A stretch of 64,000 nt of DNA from Lepidodermella squamata (taxonomy: Eukaryota > Animalia > Gastrotricha), in the NCBI GenBank assembly GCA_047495785.1, contig JBLDXI010000034.1, positions 62,001 through 126,000 on the forward strand, in the 5' to 3' direction. The translations under genes were made by a program, and so were the position numbers. The stretch's first letter is position 1, and every line of letters begins with the position of its first letter. Of the stretch, positions 50,858 through 62,216 are shown in pieces. A model generated the notes under the pieces. It did no database searches. It saw nothing but the letters and a program-made list of their open reading frames with translations, and was not told the DNA's origin.

Positions 50858-51845
50858 ATACCGATCCCTAAAAAAGCGACCTCAAAAAATGTGGAAACTA
50901 TCGGGGTATCAGCCTAATCAGCATTATAGCCAAATGCTTATCCTGAAAGAAAAATTCCGTGATAGAGTGGCGAAAATCCTTGAAGACAATCAGCATGGTT
51001 TTATGAGGAATAAAGGCATCGGCGACTGCACGTTTATGTTGAGGCAATTAATTGAGAAAGTTGTTGAGTTTGATCGATTGTTTTGTATTAATTGTATGGA
51101 CTTCGAGAAGGCATTAGATTTATAAACAGGGAAGAGGTATGGAAAGCATAAGAAGACCTTGGCGTGGAAAATGGAAAAAGACCTTGTCGAAAATATAAAG
51201 GCGTTATATCGGGAGAGCATAGCGATAGTACGAGTGGGAGGCCACGCATGTGAACCTTTCAAGGCTACTAAAGGCTTACGACAAGGCTGCCCTCTTTCTC
51301 CCCTACTGTTCAGATGTGTCTTCAATGTCGTATGCAAGAAGGTGAAGAAATGTGGGATACCATTGATCGATGAAGAATAGCTAAGCATTCTACCATTCCT
51401 TCTTCTGACAACTTTGATACTAATCTGATACATTTTGAATCAAAAATACGTAAACTTGATTTTTCTAAACACTGCACTCTTACTAACTAATTTTACTACT
51501 TCACGCTCTTCAAAACTACATGCTCCCTCTTCAGAACTGTTTTATATAAACATTACATAAACATGACATAAACATTACATTACCCGCTATACGGTTCAGA
51601 GTTAGTGGCCTGCGTGCCCTTCTGTTTCCTCAAATTGTGTACCATCGTATTTTTTTCATTAATATATTTTTCGAAATAGAATAATAATAATAATAATTCG
51701 CGGATGATACAGGACTTGTAGCCATAGCGCGAAACGAAATGCAGCACTTAATAGATATCTTTGTTGAAGCCTGCCAAATGTTGGGCCTGAAAATTAATGT
51801 AACGAAAACTAAGTTCATGGTAGTTAATAAGAAGGAGAAGACCAT
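50858..51845 (+). pseudogene. RTE-clade LINE reverse transcriptase fragment
   Basis: IPIPKK..CGNYRGISL, QHGF, RQLIEK, DFEKA, GLRQGCPLSPLLF, then FADD..GLKINVTKTK resuming at about 51698. Confidence 0.9.
51381..51697 (+). mobile_element. 3' end of a CR1/L2-like LINE nested in the RTE fragment
   Basis: Interrupts the RT just before FADD, contains GTTAGTGGCCTGCGTGCCCTTCTG, and ends in a (TAA)n tail. Confidence 0.55.
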
Positions 51846-52678
51846 AGAGCCTTTTACTATATATATATATATTATATTATAATATAATCTAATCTAATAT
51901 TCACTTTTTAGTCGAGTTCTTATTCATCGAAAGCAATGTTTGCTGACAATTACGCTGATTGCCTGGTGGCAAGTCTTCAGGTCTGTTAATGGGCATGATC
52001 TGTCGCTAACATTTGTTACTACGATTTTTCGCAGCGAACACTATGCTATGCCAGCTTTGATTTGAGTTACAAATGCGTGGCTAAAGATGAACCGTGTGCT
52101 TCCCCGTGGCAGGTGAGTCAGTTAAAGCCAGGTATACATAGTGTGTTGCTTGTTTAATAATTTTCTTCTCTAGCCGGTTAAGCTTTACCCAACGTCTCTG
52201 CAATGCGAAACGAGTGAGTTCTAAATCTTTCAGTGAATTGAGGGAAATGAGCTCGAATTTTTTTGAATAATACATATCGTACCGTTATGAGCAATCCGCC
52301 CCAACTGGCAATTGGGTTACCCTCGAGAGTCTACAAATCCACTTTTTAAGAAACTTAATAATTCTCAAAATAATTATTTCCCAAAACGATACATCGATGA
52401 CCGATAATCGTTGTATTTTCAATTTATTCCCTACTTATTATCATTGTTTAGCATTAATGGCTGGAATTTCAAATAATACTCAAATTTATATTTTCTTTAC
52501 GGATATCAACCCTAACAGTTTCTGACTTTCATTTCTGGTTCCCCAGTTCTAGTATGTGGTTTACCTTGCTTGTATTTTCTGATTCCTTTTTTCCACAGAA
52601 GTTGATCATAGACACTCTTCAACCTCCATGCAATCCAATTTATGTGAACTAGGGGGGTTGGGTTTTATTTTTCAGACT

Positions 52679-52980
52679 GATGCGTCGTAGAGCAAAGTGT
52701 ATGCCATGACCCGGCGGTCCTTTTGACACCGAATTTGGGGAGTCAAGGTCTGATCAGGTCAGTGAAAAAACTTCCAAATTTCGGATTAGAGCCAAAAATC
52801 AGACCCAAAAATTGGACCTAATTATTAGACCCAGAGTATAGCGCAACAATCGAAATTTCACTGTTTTTTAAGTTGATTTTTGTGCGTTCCTTGAAGTCTC
52901 TGGCCCCAAATTCGGTGTCAAAAGAACCGCCGGGTCATGGCCTACACTTTGCCGTCGGCCATTTTGCTTACGACGCTTCG
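52679..52980. mobile_element. MITE with long TIRs
   Basis: GCAAAGTGTATGCCATGACCCGGCGGTCCTTTTGACACCGAATTTGGGG and CCCCAAATTCGGTGTCAAAAGAACCGCCGGGTCATGGCCTACACTTTGC. Confidence 0.8.
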
Positions 52981-53029
52981 TTGACCCGAACAACGGACAT
53001 TGTGCTTGAGCTAAATAGTAGAATTTCTG

Positions 53030-53301
53030 GGCGCACGCTGATTGGTCAATCGATCGTTGCTATGACTCCCGGATGAAACATGTTGGTTGTGCGATCCATG
53101 AAATTTTTTGCAACAAGTGTTTTTTGCCGCAGTAAATTGCTACGATTATTATGGGGTTTACGCTCGTGGTCAATAGAAACCGTGCAGAGGGCGTGGCAAG
53201 GTCATTTTTTGCATAAATAGAAAATATTTTATTAGTGGATCGCACGACTAAATTGTTTCATCCCGGAGTCATAGCAACAATATATTGACCAATCAGCGCG
53301 C
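53030..53301. mobile_element. MITE, family of 25659-25941
   Basis: Inverted ends of about 50 bp, GCGCACGCTGATTGGTCAAT..TTGCTATGACTCC.GGATGAAACA. Confidence 0.8.
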
Positions 53302-53875
53302 GGGTCAAAGTGCTACTTACTACTTGAAACACGATGGGACTTTTGACTGACCCAGGATTTGGATCCAAATATCGGATCTCGCAGTCTTTTTTGGCAGTTA
53401 AAGTGTTAATGAAACCACTCGACTCGTTTGGCTGCGCCAAACTCGCTCGGGGTTTCAGATCAGAGGGGATTTCATTTCTCTACCTATGGCTAGCCATATA
53501 ATAATCCTTTATTATTATATTAACTAAAAATTAAATTCAGTGGAAAATTTTCAGCAAAAGATCCGACTTACTGGAAAATATAGGACAGACTATCCTTACT
53601 TTTTCCAGCAGGGGCAGAAGCAATCACTACTCAGAAAATTTGGGGAACCAGAGCGATTCTTACCTGAATTTTCTTGCCGATGCTTTTTTTGAAGTGTTTG
53701 CCGCTCAATATGCATGACCTGCAATTTTGACAAAATAATAAAAATAATGAACAATTCAATGAAAATTGCCACAAAAGTCAGCGAATTGTCAGTCATATTA
53801 AACACAATTGTCGCGATTATTACATACGTATACATAAGTACTCCTACTTTTTTAATATAACGTTGAAATCAACAG

Positions 53876-55090
53876 TTGCCGTTTCGGGGCTTCCTCTTCC
53901 TGCTGGAATCTGGCCGCTGAATGGTAATCTGAACGACAATGGCCCCGATTCGATTTCCGCTAATGCGATCGGAGACTTATACTGGACTGGTGGCCCATAT
54001 GGCATATCGAATTCGGGAATCTACTCGCCTGCAGATGCAAGTCTCGATATCCCCACCCCAGCCTTTGGCAACTTATCAACAGACTTTACTATTGCGGCTT
54101 TCGTAGCTTTCCTACCTGCGTTTCCCTACATTCCCATAGTTGCGATGCTTGATGCAGATGGAAACACCCAACTTACTCTCGCATTTGCTAGTTCAACCTC
54201 TGAAGTCATTGTTAAGAGAGCTGATGGCAAGTTGAGCAATGCTTTCCAGGAAAAAATAGCTTATCTTATGATTTATTCTCAGGTACTCAAACTACAGTTA
54301 AGTGTCAATATGGAATTTGGCACCACATTGGCATGACGTACGAAAAATCAACCAGCTCAGATCACGCGTTCTGCGACGATATCATTAGCATCTCGTCTGC
54401 TGTAGTAGCACCGACAGCTACGATCACGTCACTCAAGGTCCTCAAGGACCGCCCAGAAGGTGCTGACGCCTATTTTTCGTGCTTGTCTGTCCATAAAGCG
54501 ACCATCTCGGCTAAACGTTTTCGTTCGATACGGAGACTTTGTTACCAACTACACGCTGGAAAACCGATTGTTCCAAGCGACATAGGCAACGTAATCTCTG
54601 GACATGTCGCGTACTTTCCTCTTGCAACAAACTTCGACGACATCATCGCTCCTGCAGCTTTAGTAACCAGCCAGTCGCCGTTCTTACCTGGGGAGAGCGT
54701 GTTCGGCGTCGCTGATAAAGGCGTCAATCTTAACAGCGGAAACCAGATTCGAATGACGGCCAGCAAGTTGAATTTCGGCGGAGGGTCATTCACGATCAGC
54801 TTTTACGCGAAGCCTCTGAGTTTTCCGGCTCCTTTACTTGAGTTTTCTGACCCAGGGCTTACAACTACCGGGCTGAGCCTCTTCATGAGCAACGAGACAA
54901 CATTCACTTGCTCGATCGGTCCAACTGGTCCTTCGTTTTCAACAACTTGCCGACAACCAGATGGATCACCGCATTTCTACTATCTCCAAAGCTCTCCTCC
55001 ATACCAAATGAAAATCTTTTGCGACACAAAAGCGGCATACCTTGATAATGTGTCTCCCAACACATCTACATCATCTTTCCGACTTGGCAG
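53876..55090 (+). CDS. Protein with two LamG-like/concanavalin-A-like jellyroll domains (first and last exons uncertain)
   Basis: AGIWPLNGNLND..GP.G..FTIAAFV..WHHIGMTY, and a second repeat VAYFPLATNFDD..SFTISFYAKP..PLLEF. The two ORFs join via a 56-nt GC-AG intron at 54227-54282; the exon ends AG|GTAAC at 55090. Confidence 0.75.
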
Positions 55091-58000
55091 GTAACAATAT
55101 ATATGTTTGTGCTATACCATTCGTGAATCGTTCACATCCCGTCCCTGTTTTGTTCCTTCCCCGAAAATCCTCATCCCTTTCCTTCTCGGACTACAAGTAA
55201 TTCAGTGGTTGAAATAGAGATTTTCAAAGTTAACCCTCATTCGGTGTGAAATGGGCATTGGCCGAAAAATTAGGTCCAAACGTTAATTACCATGCCTTGT
55301 CAATATTCATCGCTACGATCACCAACAGATCTTCTACAGCTATGTAAATTCCCAGCCCGGTACGTCTTAAATTAAATTTTAAACGGATTTTTCCTCCGAT
55401 CCCAGAATTCTTTGTTATAAAGGCTCAAAATCTCAGCTCGTTCCCGGCCGCGTAGAACAGTCAGGATAACGGCCGGGAATGTTGGACATTATATTGTAAG
55501 CTAGTTAGTTAGGCCTTTGTTAGAAGCGGAATAACGTTCAACGTCTCGTCATGCATATTTGGCTCCATGGATCGTTAAGCCGCGTTTCTGTCAATATAAA
55601 ATTCTTTGATTGTTCTATATTTCGCTAATCTTTGTGTTGAAGGGTTAAGACATAAACAAATTCATTCTAGTATATTTATGTGTGGGCGCGACAGTGCCTC
55701 ATTACCAGATTGAATTAGTTTATGTCAAGGCCCTATTCGGCCTTTGGGATAGTACTTGTATGTTTGCCTCGAATATGGTAGCAAGTACTTTTATGCGATG
55801 GCGCGACTGCGGTGCGACTCAATATTCGTCAAACATAAATATACTTGACTGCCTGAATTGTATAATTCAAAGTTGCTTTTTTGCTTCAGTTGCTTCATCT
55901 GCTTTTTTGCAGCATAAAATATATAATGCACCAAATTTTGTTGTTGCTGAATATTTTTTTCCCAAAAGGGTAATAAAATCGCTGGCCGCGTAGCTTATTT
56001 TTTGCGATACGTCGGGCCAACCAAAATCGCTGGTCACCAGCCACGATGTTGTTGAGGCTGGCCGGTACAACATTGTCACGCTTTTAATGCGAACAAATAT
56101 AGTCAATCTTTGGTTTTAATCGAATTTATTGCTGCAATCATAAATGCCACCTAAGAAAATGGCTATCCCACCGCCACCAGCAGCAGCCAACATTGATAAC
56201 CCACTGGCTGCAGCGGAACTGTGTAGGCCCAAGACAGTTTTAATTTGGTAATATTTATTAATATTCAAATTTGTAGTAATCGCCTCTGGTCGATGGACAG
56301 AGTCTGATATTGCGAGCCTCACACCGTTTGTCGACTGTTGCCATATGCAGCGGCTTATCCCACGGCTCATCAAACTAAAAACATACACTTGTTATCAACA
56401 AAATAAATCTCACCTAGTTCTATATCAGAATTGGGTGGGAACATTCATTTAAAAGGAATAGATCATGAGCTTGAGTTAACTAGGTCTCAAGGCAGCATAA
56501 AGTCTGCTGTTTCTAGCAGGAAAAATGACGTGAATAACACAACTCCAAATGGAAAATAATATTATTTTTATCAAAATAGCAGTGAAGAAATGAAATATCC
56601 CGGAAGACTTTTCTTGCATTTATAATATGTTTTCTTGATATTCAACAGTATTTTTGTCCCGTTCAGGGATGGAGTCAGGTGTACTTTTGTACGAATCAGG
56701 ATATTTTTAGCTCGATTTTCATGTCTGTTATGTCGGGACCATAGAGATCAGATTAACCTGATCAGAATATCTGATAGGTTAATCTGATCTCAATGACCGA
56801 GACATACAAAAATTACCACTGTCGGCCTGCGGCCTTTGACAGTTGACGGGGAACTCCGTGACTTTCTCGAACACGTGGGTACGTGTGACCTTGAACATGC
56901 CCAACCTAAGACCTAAGTATAACTTTTTCGTGCACATCCTTGACTTGCTGCTTGCTGCCCATCTTTGCGCGTAACCATGTAGCGTGTCACCCACGCGCGT
57001 CAACGGCGACGACGGGATGGAGTTGATCATTCATTTGAGAGTCATTCGGTAACCGCCACCTACACTTGGCATTAGGGTCCATATCACGGAGCCCGAGCAA
57101 TCGAGATGGGCTTGTAAGTTAATGTATCGTTGCTCAGGTGGGCTTCAATTCAAGCTAAAAATCACGAATTTGAACACTGACGTGGTATTAACATTTGCTA
57201 TATATTCGGTAAAAATAGCGCACTTGCGTAACGTAAAGATTTTTACGAAAACGTAAGCGGGTCGGGGAATGCGCTATTACCGTTACTCTCAGGTGACAAG
57301 TTGCCAGTCGCACATGCTAAAATAGTACGAATTGCATGTGTACGGGAACTTTTTCATTGGAGGATTGCAAACAGGTGATAGACTATTGATGACGCCATGT
57401 CACCACAGTCAGCAGCAGTCAACATATCATCCGAAGTTGTGCGTTGATGTCGTGCGCACAACTGTATGCGGCATAGGCTGGCGACTGCATAGGGCACATT
57501 TTTTTAATGGCACACCCTAATCCTCCTTTAAATTGGGATTCATTTTTTTACATCACCTACTGATGATTCTCGCCGACGGACCGACATAACGGAACACGAC
57601 CCTGTCACAGGACCCCGTCACACGACAACTCATTTTTTTACTGCGACAAACTTATCCTCCTGAAACAGAGGACTCATTTTTTGACCACACTAACACATAC
57701 CACTTTGACGGCCGACAGACGGACCGGCCGAACACGACCTACGACAACGGGAGTTCCCCGTCACTATCATTCTACATACAGAAAATTAGGGCGGTATTCT
57801 CTACATTCTACATTCGTATTCTCTTCATCCAGCCATCATTGTGAAAATTTACTATACCTACTTCGTGTGTTACTTTTTTTGAATTGACTCGAACTTGTAT
57901 TCAGTGGCGCCTCTTCAAATTTGAATGGCTCCATCGCTTGTCTCAGTATCGTTAACGATATCCTGTTTGATGTCAAGCTGAATATCCTCCAATTGAACTG

Positions 58001-58692
58001 TGCTGCTTTTTCTGGTAAGCCTCGATCAAAATGATGTATCATCAAAAATTTTTATTTTATTTTCAACAGGCTATTAATATGCAGGTTGATTCTTCATTAA
58101 ATGGAATGCGAAGATGATTAGAGTCATATTTAATGACAAACACGCTTTTTGAGAAACCTGTATGTTGCGAAGTTGAAGAGCAATAAAATATGAGGGCACA
58201 TACCGATTAGAACGCCGCGTTGTGGTTTGATTTTGGATACCGGTTGAAGGTCAGACCTCAGACTTGAATTCAGATTAAGGGCCTGTCAAAAACTCATGTG
58301 TAAAATAAAAAATCATGCTTCCTTCTGCATTGTTCCTTTACAATTTTACAATAAGCCATAAGGCGATCTTGGATCCTGGAGCTGCCAGGGATTGAAAATA
58401 ATTTTGCTGTGTTTGTTTGGGTGTGCCTAACTACCAAACTACCAAACCCGTAATAATATTAGTGCGAGTGACTTTCAAACTTAGCGCTCGAAATTAGCCA
58501 GTCCTGAATCACCAGGGCGGGTTGGACTTTCCTTTTGCGGAATTGCTTAGGCAAGTTCGGCAAGTTCGAACAAAAAGTAAACGCCGCCCATCTGCGTATA
58601 CCGAGGACGTCGTAACGGTGGTAAGTTTCGAGTAAATTCCATCAATTGAACATTTGCTGCTCATTAACCATGTGGCGCTTCAAACCCAATTT

Positions 58693-58746
58693 TCCCTTGA
58701 TAGTAAAGTGGTTAGTAGCGCCGCCTGTCACGTAGAAGACTAGGGC
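58693..58746 (+). pseudogene. Truncated tRNA-Asp(GTC)-derived fragment
   Basis: TCCCTTGATAGTAAAGTGGTTAGTAGCGCCGCCTGTCACGTAGAAGAC resembles the 5' two-thirds of eukaryotic tRNA-Asp. The T arm is missing. Confidence 0.6.
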
Positions 58747-59228
58747 GTTGTGACTAGGGCGTAGAAGACATACGCCAAAAAACTATCGCTCGCGCTAGCT
58801 CGCAGAGGTCTTACTTTGCCTTAATTTACTTGATAGTTAGGTTTCCTGAGAATCGCGCGCGTCAGCGCGCTTTTTTGAGAGGATTGGCGCAATTTTAAGT
58901 TCGAAACCGCTAAGAAATGACAGCTGAGCTGAATCTATACGGCGTTTAGTCACCGGCGAGCGAAGCGAGCTTAAGTTGGCGATATTTTTGTGAATTATCG
59001 ACCTGGAAGAGGCTAACAACCAATAACGACTCATTATTCTCTATTCTCGCGCACTCCCGCACATCCTCATTCTAACAGTTTTAGAAGGCCTTTGGTCAAA
59101 CAAAACATTTAAACTGTAAACAAACTCGGCAAGCTCAACTTGGTAACCACTGACGAAACTAAAAATGTGAGAAAGAGGGTTGTAGGCGAACGAAGCGAGC
59201 CAAAAAAATTGGGTTTTAAGCACCTAAA

Positions 59229-60380
59229 TCACTTAAGTCGCATAATCATAATGCCACCTTGTCTCCGGCGGTAAAAGGGGTTAGCATCAGCGGAGTATTG
59301 CATCAGCCTGTTTCGGCGAAACATTTTTGTTATTGCTTCAACTTCATATTTTTCTTCGAAGCGGCGCCTGAGTAAGAGCATTTTGTTTTCGTTATCGGTT
59401 ACGAGGGCTACAGGGAGAGCACCGTTAGCCACAAGTTGCTCGTGGCTTGAAATCGATTTCTCCAGACAAACATCTGCAGTTTGGCCACGCTCGTCGACCG
59501 AATGACTTCCCGTGTAAGCAGCCTGCCTACCAGGACCTGCGTAACCTGTCGACACGATCGTCTTTCTTAGCCCCGTCCAACCATCGATCTGGTGCGTACC
59601 TCGAGCGCCACATAGCTCGCGATTTTGCTTTGCCCATTCCACGTCATATAAACGCGAAATTACACCTGGCATTGTTTGTTCTGAGGGCGAGCTGTAGGTG
59701 TTCCCTAGAAAAGAAAAATTAGTACGCTGTGTGTCGATAATTCAGTTACAGAAAAATACAAATGACAAATACAAAATACAAATGAAGAGAAAAATAATAA
59801 ATGTAAAAATACCTGAAATCATTTTGCAAAAATCGGTGAAATACGGATTTGAAGCGAATGGAGTTGGAATTCCCGCTGATGTAAACGCTTTTTCGTTAGC
59901 GAGCGCGTTATCACACTGCTTCACGCCAGATTCCTCTCTCCTGGGCTGACGTAAAGGAGTTGGAGATCGAATTGGCGTACCAGGGCGTTTAAGATTCTGG
60001 CATCGAATAAGAGGTGGCGATACCAGCGGAGAGTTGCTTTCGCTAGGTGGCTGAATTTGTTGCGGTTTTCGGCATTTGCTGGATACGTGAGCATCCATAC
60101 GATCTTTTCGGTTTTGGATAATTGCGTATGTAACGCGCTACACGAGTGCTCGAAAACTGTCGTACCCGGGGATTGAACCCGGGCTGCCTTTCTGAGAAGG
60201 CACGGCTCTAACCTTTGAGCCACCATGGCCGGCACACACTCCGTGTTCGCTTACGCGGTTGTAAGGGGACCAGGAGGAGAGATGGGAGGTGGACTCGCTC
60301 CCTATAGCGTAGCATACGTTGCATTCGCTGACGGTTGGCTTGGCTTTGGCAGTGCTCGAGTTCAAAGCTTCCGACAAGTT
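59229..60380 (-). pseudogene. hAT transposase remnant
   Basis: IDGWT and PVALVTDNENKM match the first two catalytic Asp motifs. Upstream SECNVC may be a remnant of a BED finger. Truncated and interrupted. Confidence 0.7.
60159..60229 (-). other. tRNA-derived SINE head or tRNA pseudogene (Glu-CTC-like)
   Basis: GCCATGGTGGCTCAAAGGTTAGAGC..CTTCTCAGA..CCCGGGTTCAATCCCCGG has A and B boxes, but the acceptor stem is mismatched. Confidence 0.6.
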
Positions 60381-62216
60381 GAGTTTCTCGTTTGCGGTAG
60401 ACGGAAGATTTTTGTCCTGCGCGAAAATTGTCTCTGATCAAGGCTCCTGGACGGCCTAGAGCAGACATCAGCAGATTACTTCTTTAATAACTTCTAAAAA
60501 GAAACAGGTTTTGAATCATAAAAAATGTAAAAACTATTCTATATTAGTAAGTTTAGCCGACAGATTTTCTGAATAAGTTCAATTGGAAAATAGAAATATT
60601 GTGCATTAAAGTTGTTAGGGACGTTCGAATCAGCTTACTGCGCTACGAATTTTGATTTAAAGCATGAGAGAACACGTTCGCAAAGTGTTAAGCTGATTAC
60701 CGACATGGTTCAAATAGAGTTTAATAACATTCTCTCACTACAATTTTTATTTAAATAAGAAATTGGGTAGGCTCTGCCGCCCTCTAACTCAAAAACAAAC
60801 AACAATCCACGATGACTATCAAAACTAATGCTACAACTGATAACAGATACCTGACTGCATCTGGTGTCAACACTTTGAGCTAGGACGACACATTTTCTGG
60901 TTTTGTTGACCAATAACAGGCACGTTTGAGGAGGTATAAACCGGTATAAACTGGTAAGAGTTTAAACCGAATACACTGGCAGGCGCAGCTTCTGACAGTA
61001 AGCGCGGGTTCACAAAATAGAGCCACACAGCTTTGATCCATCGAACCTTATTTAAGGGGAAAACTGTTTTCCATCTTTTGTCACCTACAGTGAAAATCAA
61101 AAGTTACGCACGGCCAGGAATTGGTTGGGTTGAAGCTTAAAATATCTCACACGCGCCCGAACTATGTTTAGCTCCAAACTTGGGTTGAACTAAGCTGAAA
61201 ATAAAAAGTTTAAGTCGGACAGACCAAGAAGTTTTAAAAGTTTCAAAAATATGAATATTCATAGGGCGCTAAGAGGTTAATATACCGAAGCCCTCAAAGT
61301 TGATAATTATGGCAGAAAAATTCCGGAAAAATTGTTTTTGATTTGATGTAACAATTTTCTAAGTGCTCAAATTTTTCTGAAATTTTTGGCACTTAACTAA
61401 GAATGTCCTAGTTTCACAGCAACTCATGAATTTATTCATATTATTAAAACTATTAAAACTATCTTTCTTTGGAGCTCGTGTAAAAGGCGTCATTTTGGTC
61501 CGTTTTGCAGGAGAAAAACAGCCTCAATTTGCACGTAAGAAAAACTTCAACGAGCGTCGCCTCAACTTCACCGCGCGGATCTTTTGATTGTCACTGTAGT
61601 ATTCAGAATTTTGAGTTCTGAATAGGTTAACGGGAATGTGAAAATGAATTCGCTATTTATTCGAATAAACAGTTTCGAAAGCACGTGTAATATTCGCGCT
61701 CAACTCGGCTGCGCCTCTTCCTGCTCGCTCGTTTACCCCTTGTCTTTGTTTACTCGAGAGTTATCTCGATTGAATAAAAACTGGATGCTCTTACCGGCCG
61801 CTTGAAATCAGAAAATAGAACTTGCTTCCCGACCGCTCGCCTCTAACATGGAGATTTCAAGTGGTGAGTGCGCTTTCAACGGCAGATTAGTTTTAAATTG
61901 GGTTATTTTTAGTGTATCCTTGCTCAGAACTCGGAAGGGGACCCTTACGTTTTTCAGAAAATTTCGAACGTCAGGGGGGTTTGTTTACCCCCCTTACCCC
62001 CCGTACTCAGACCACTGCCGCTAGGATTGATTTTATTTTTGAGTTATGATTCAAGTATGGCAATGTATCTTGAAGGGTCTCAGAATAAATAGAAACATCA
62101 GATACTGAGCTTCAAGCTCGGGAAAATCAGATAGAGCGATCAAAATAAGAAGGTTCATTGACGTTTTTTGTATTCCAGTTTGAATCGTTAGGCTGATTTG
62201 TAAAGTTTCATCAATT

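Noticed and set aside
55230-55648. TTAA-CCCT ... AGGG-TTAA as a piggyBac MITE
   Set aside because: The inverted match does not extend beyond about 4 bp inside the TTAA.
60159-60229. Functional tRNA gene
   Set aside because: The acceptor stem does not pair and the anticodon arm is irregular. The same applies to the tRNA-like pieces at 41435, 43127, about 48800 and 58693.
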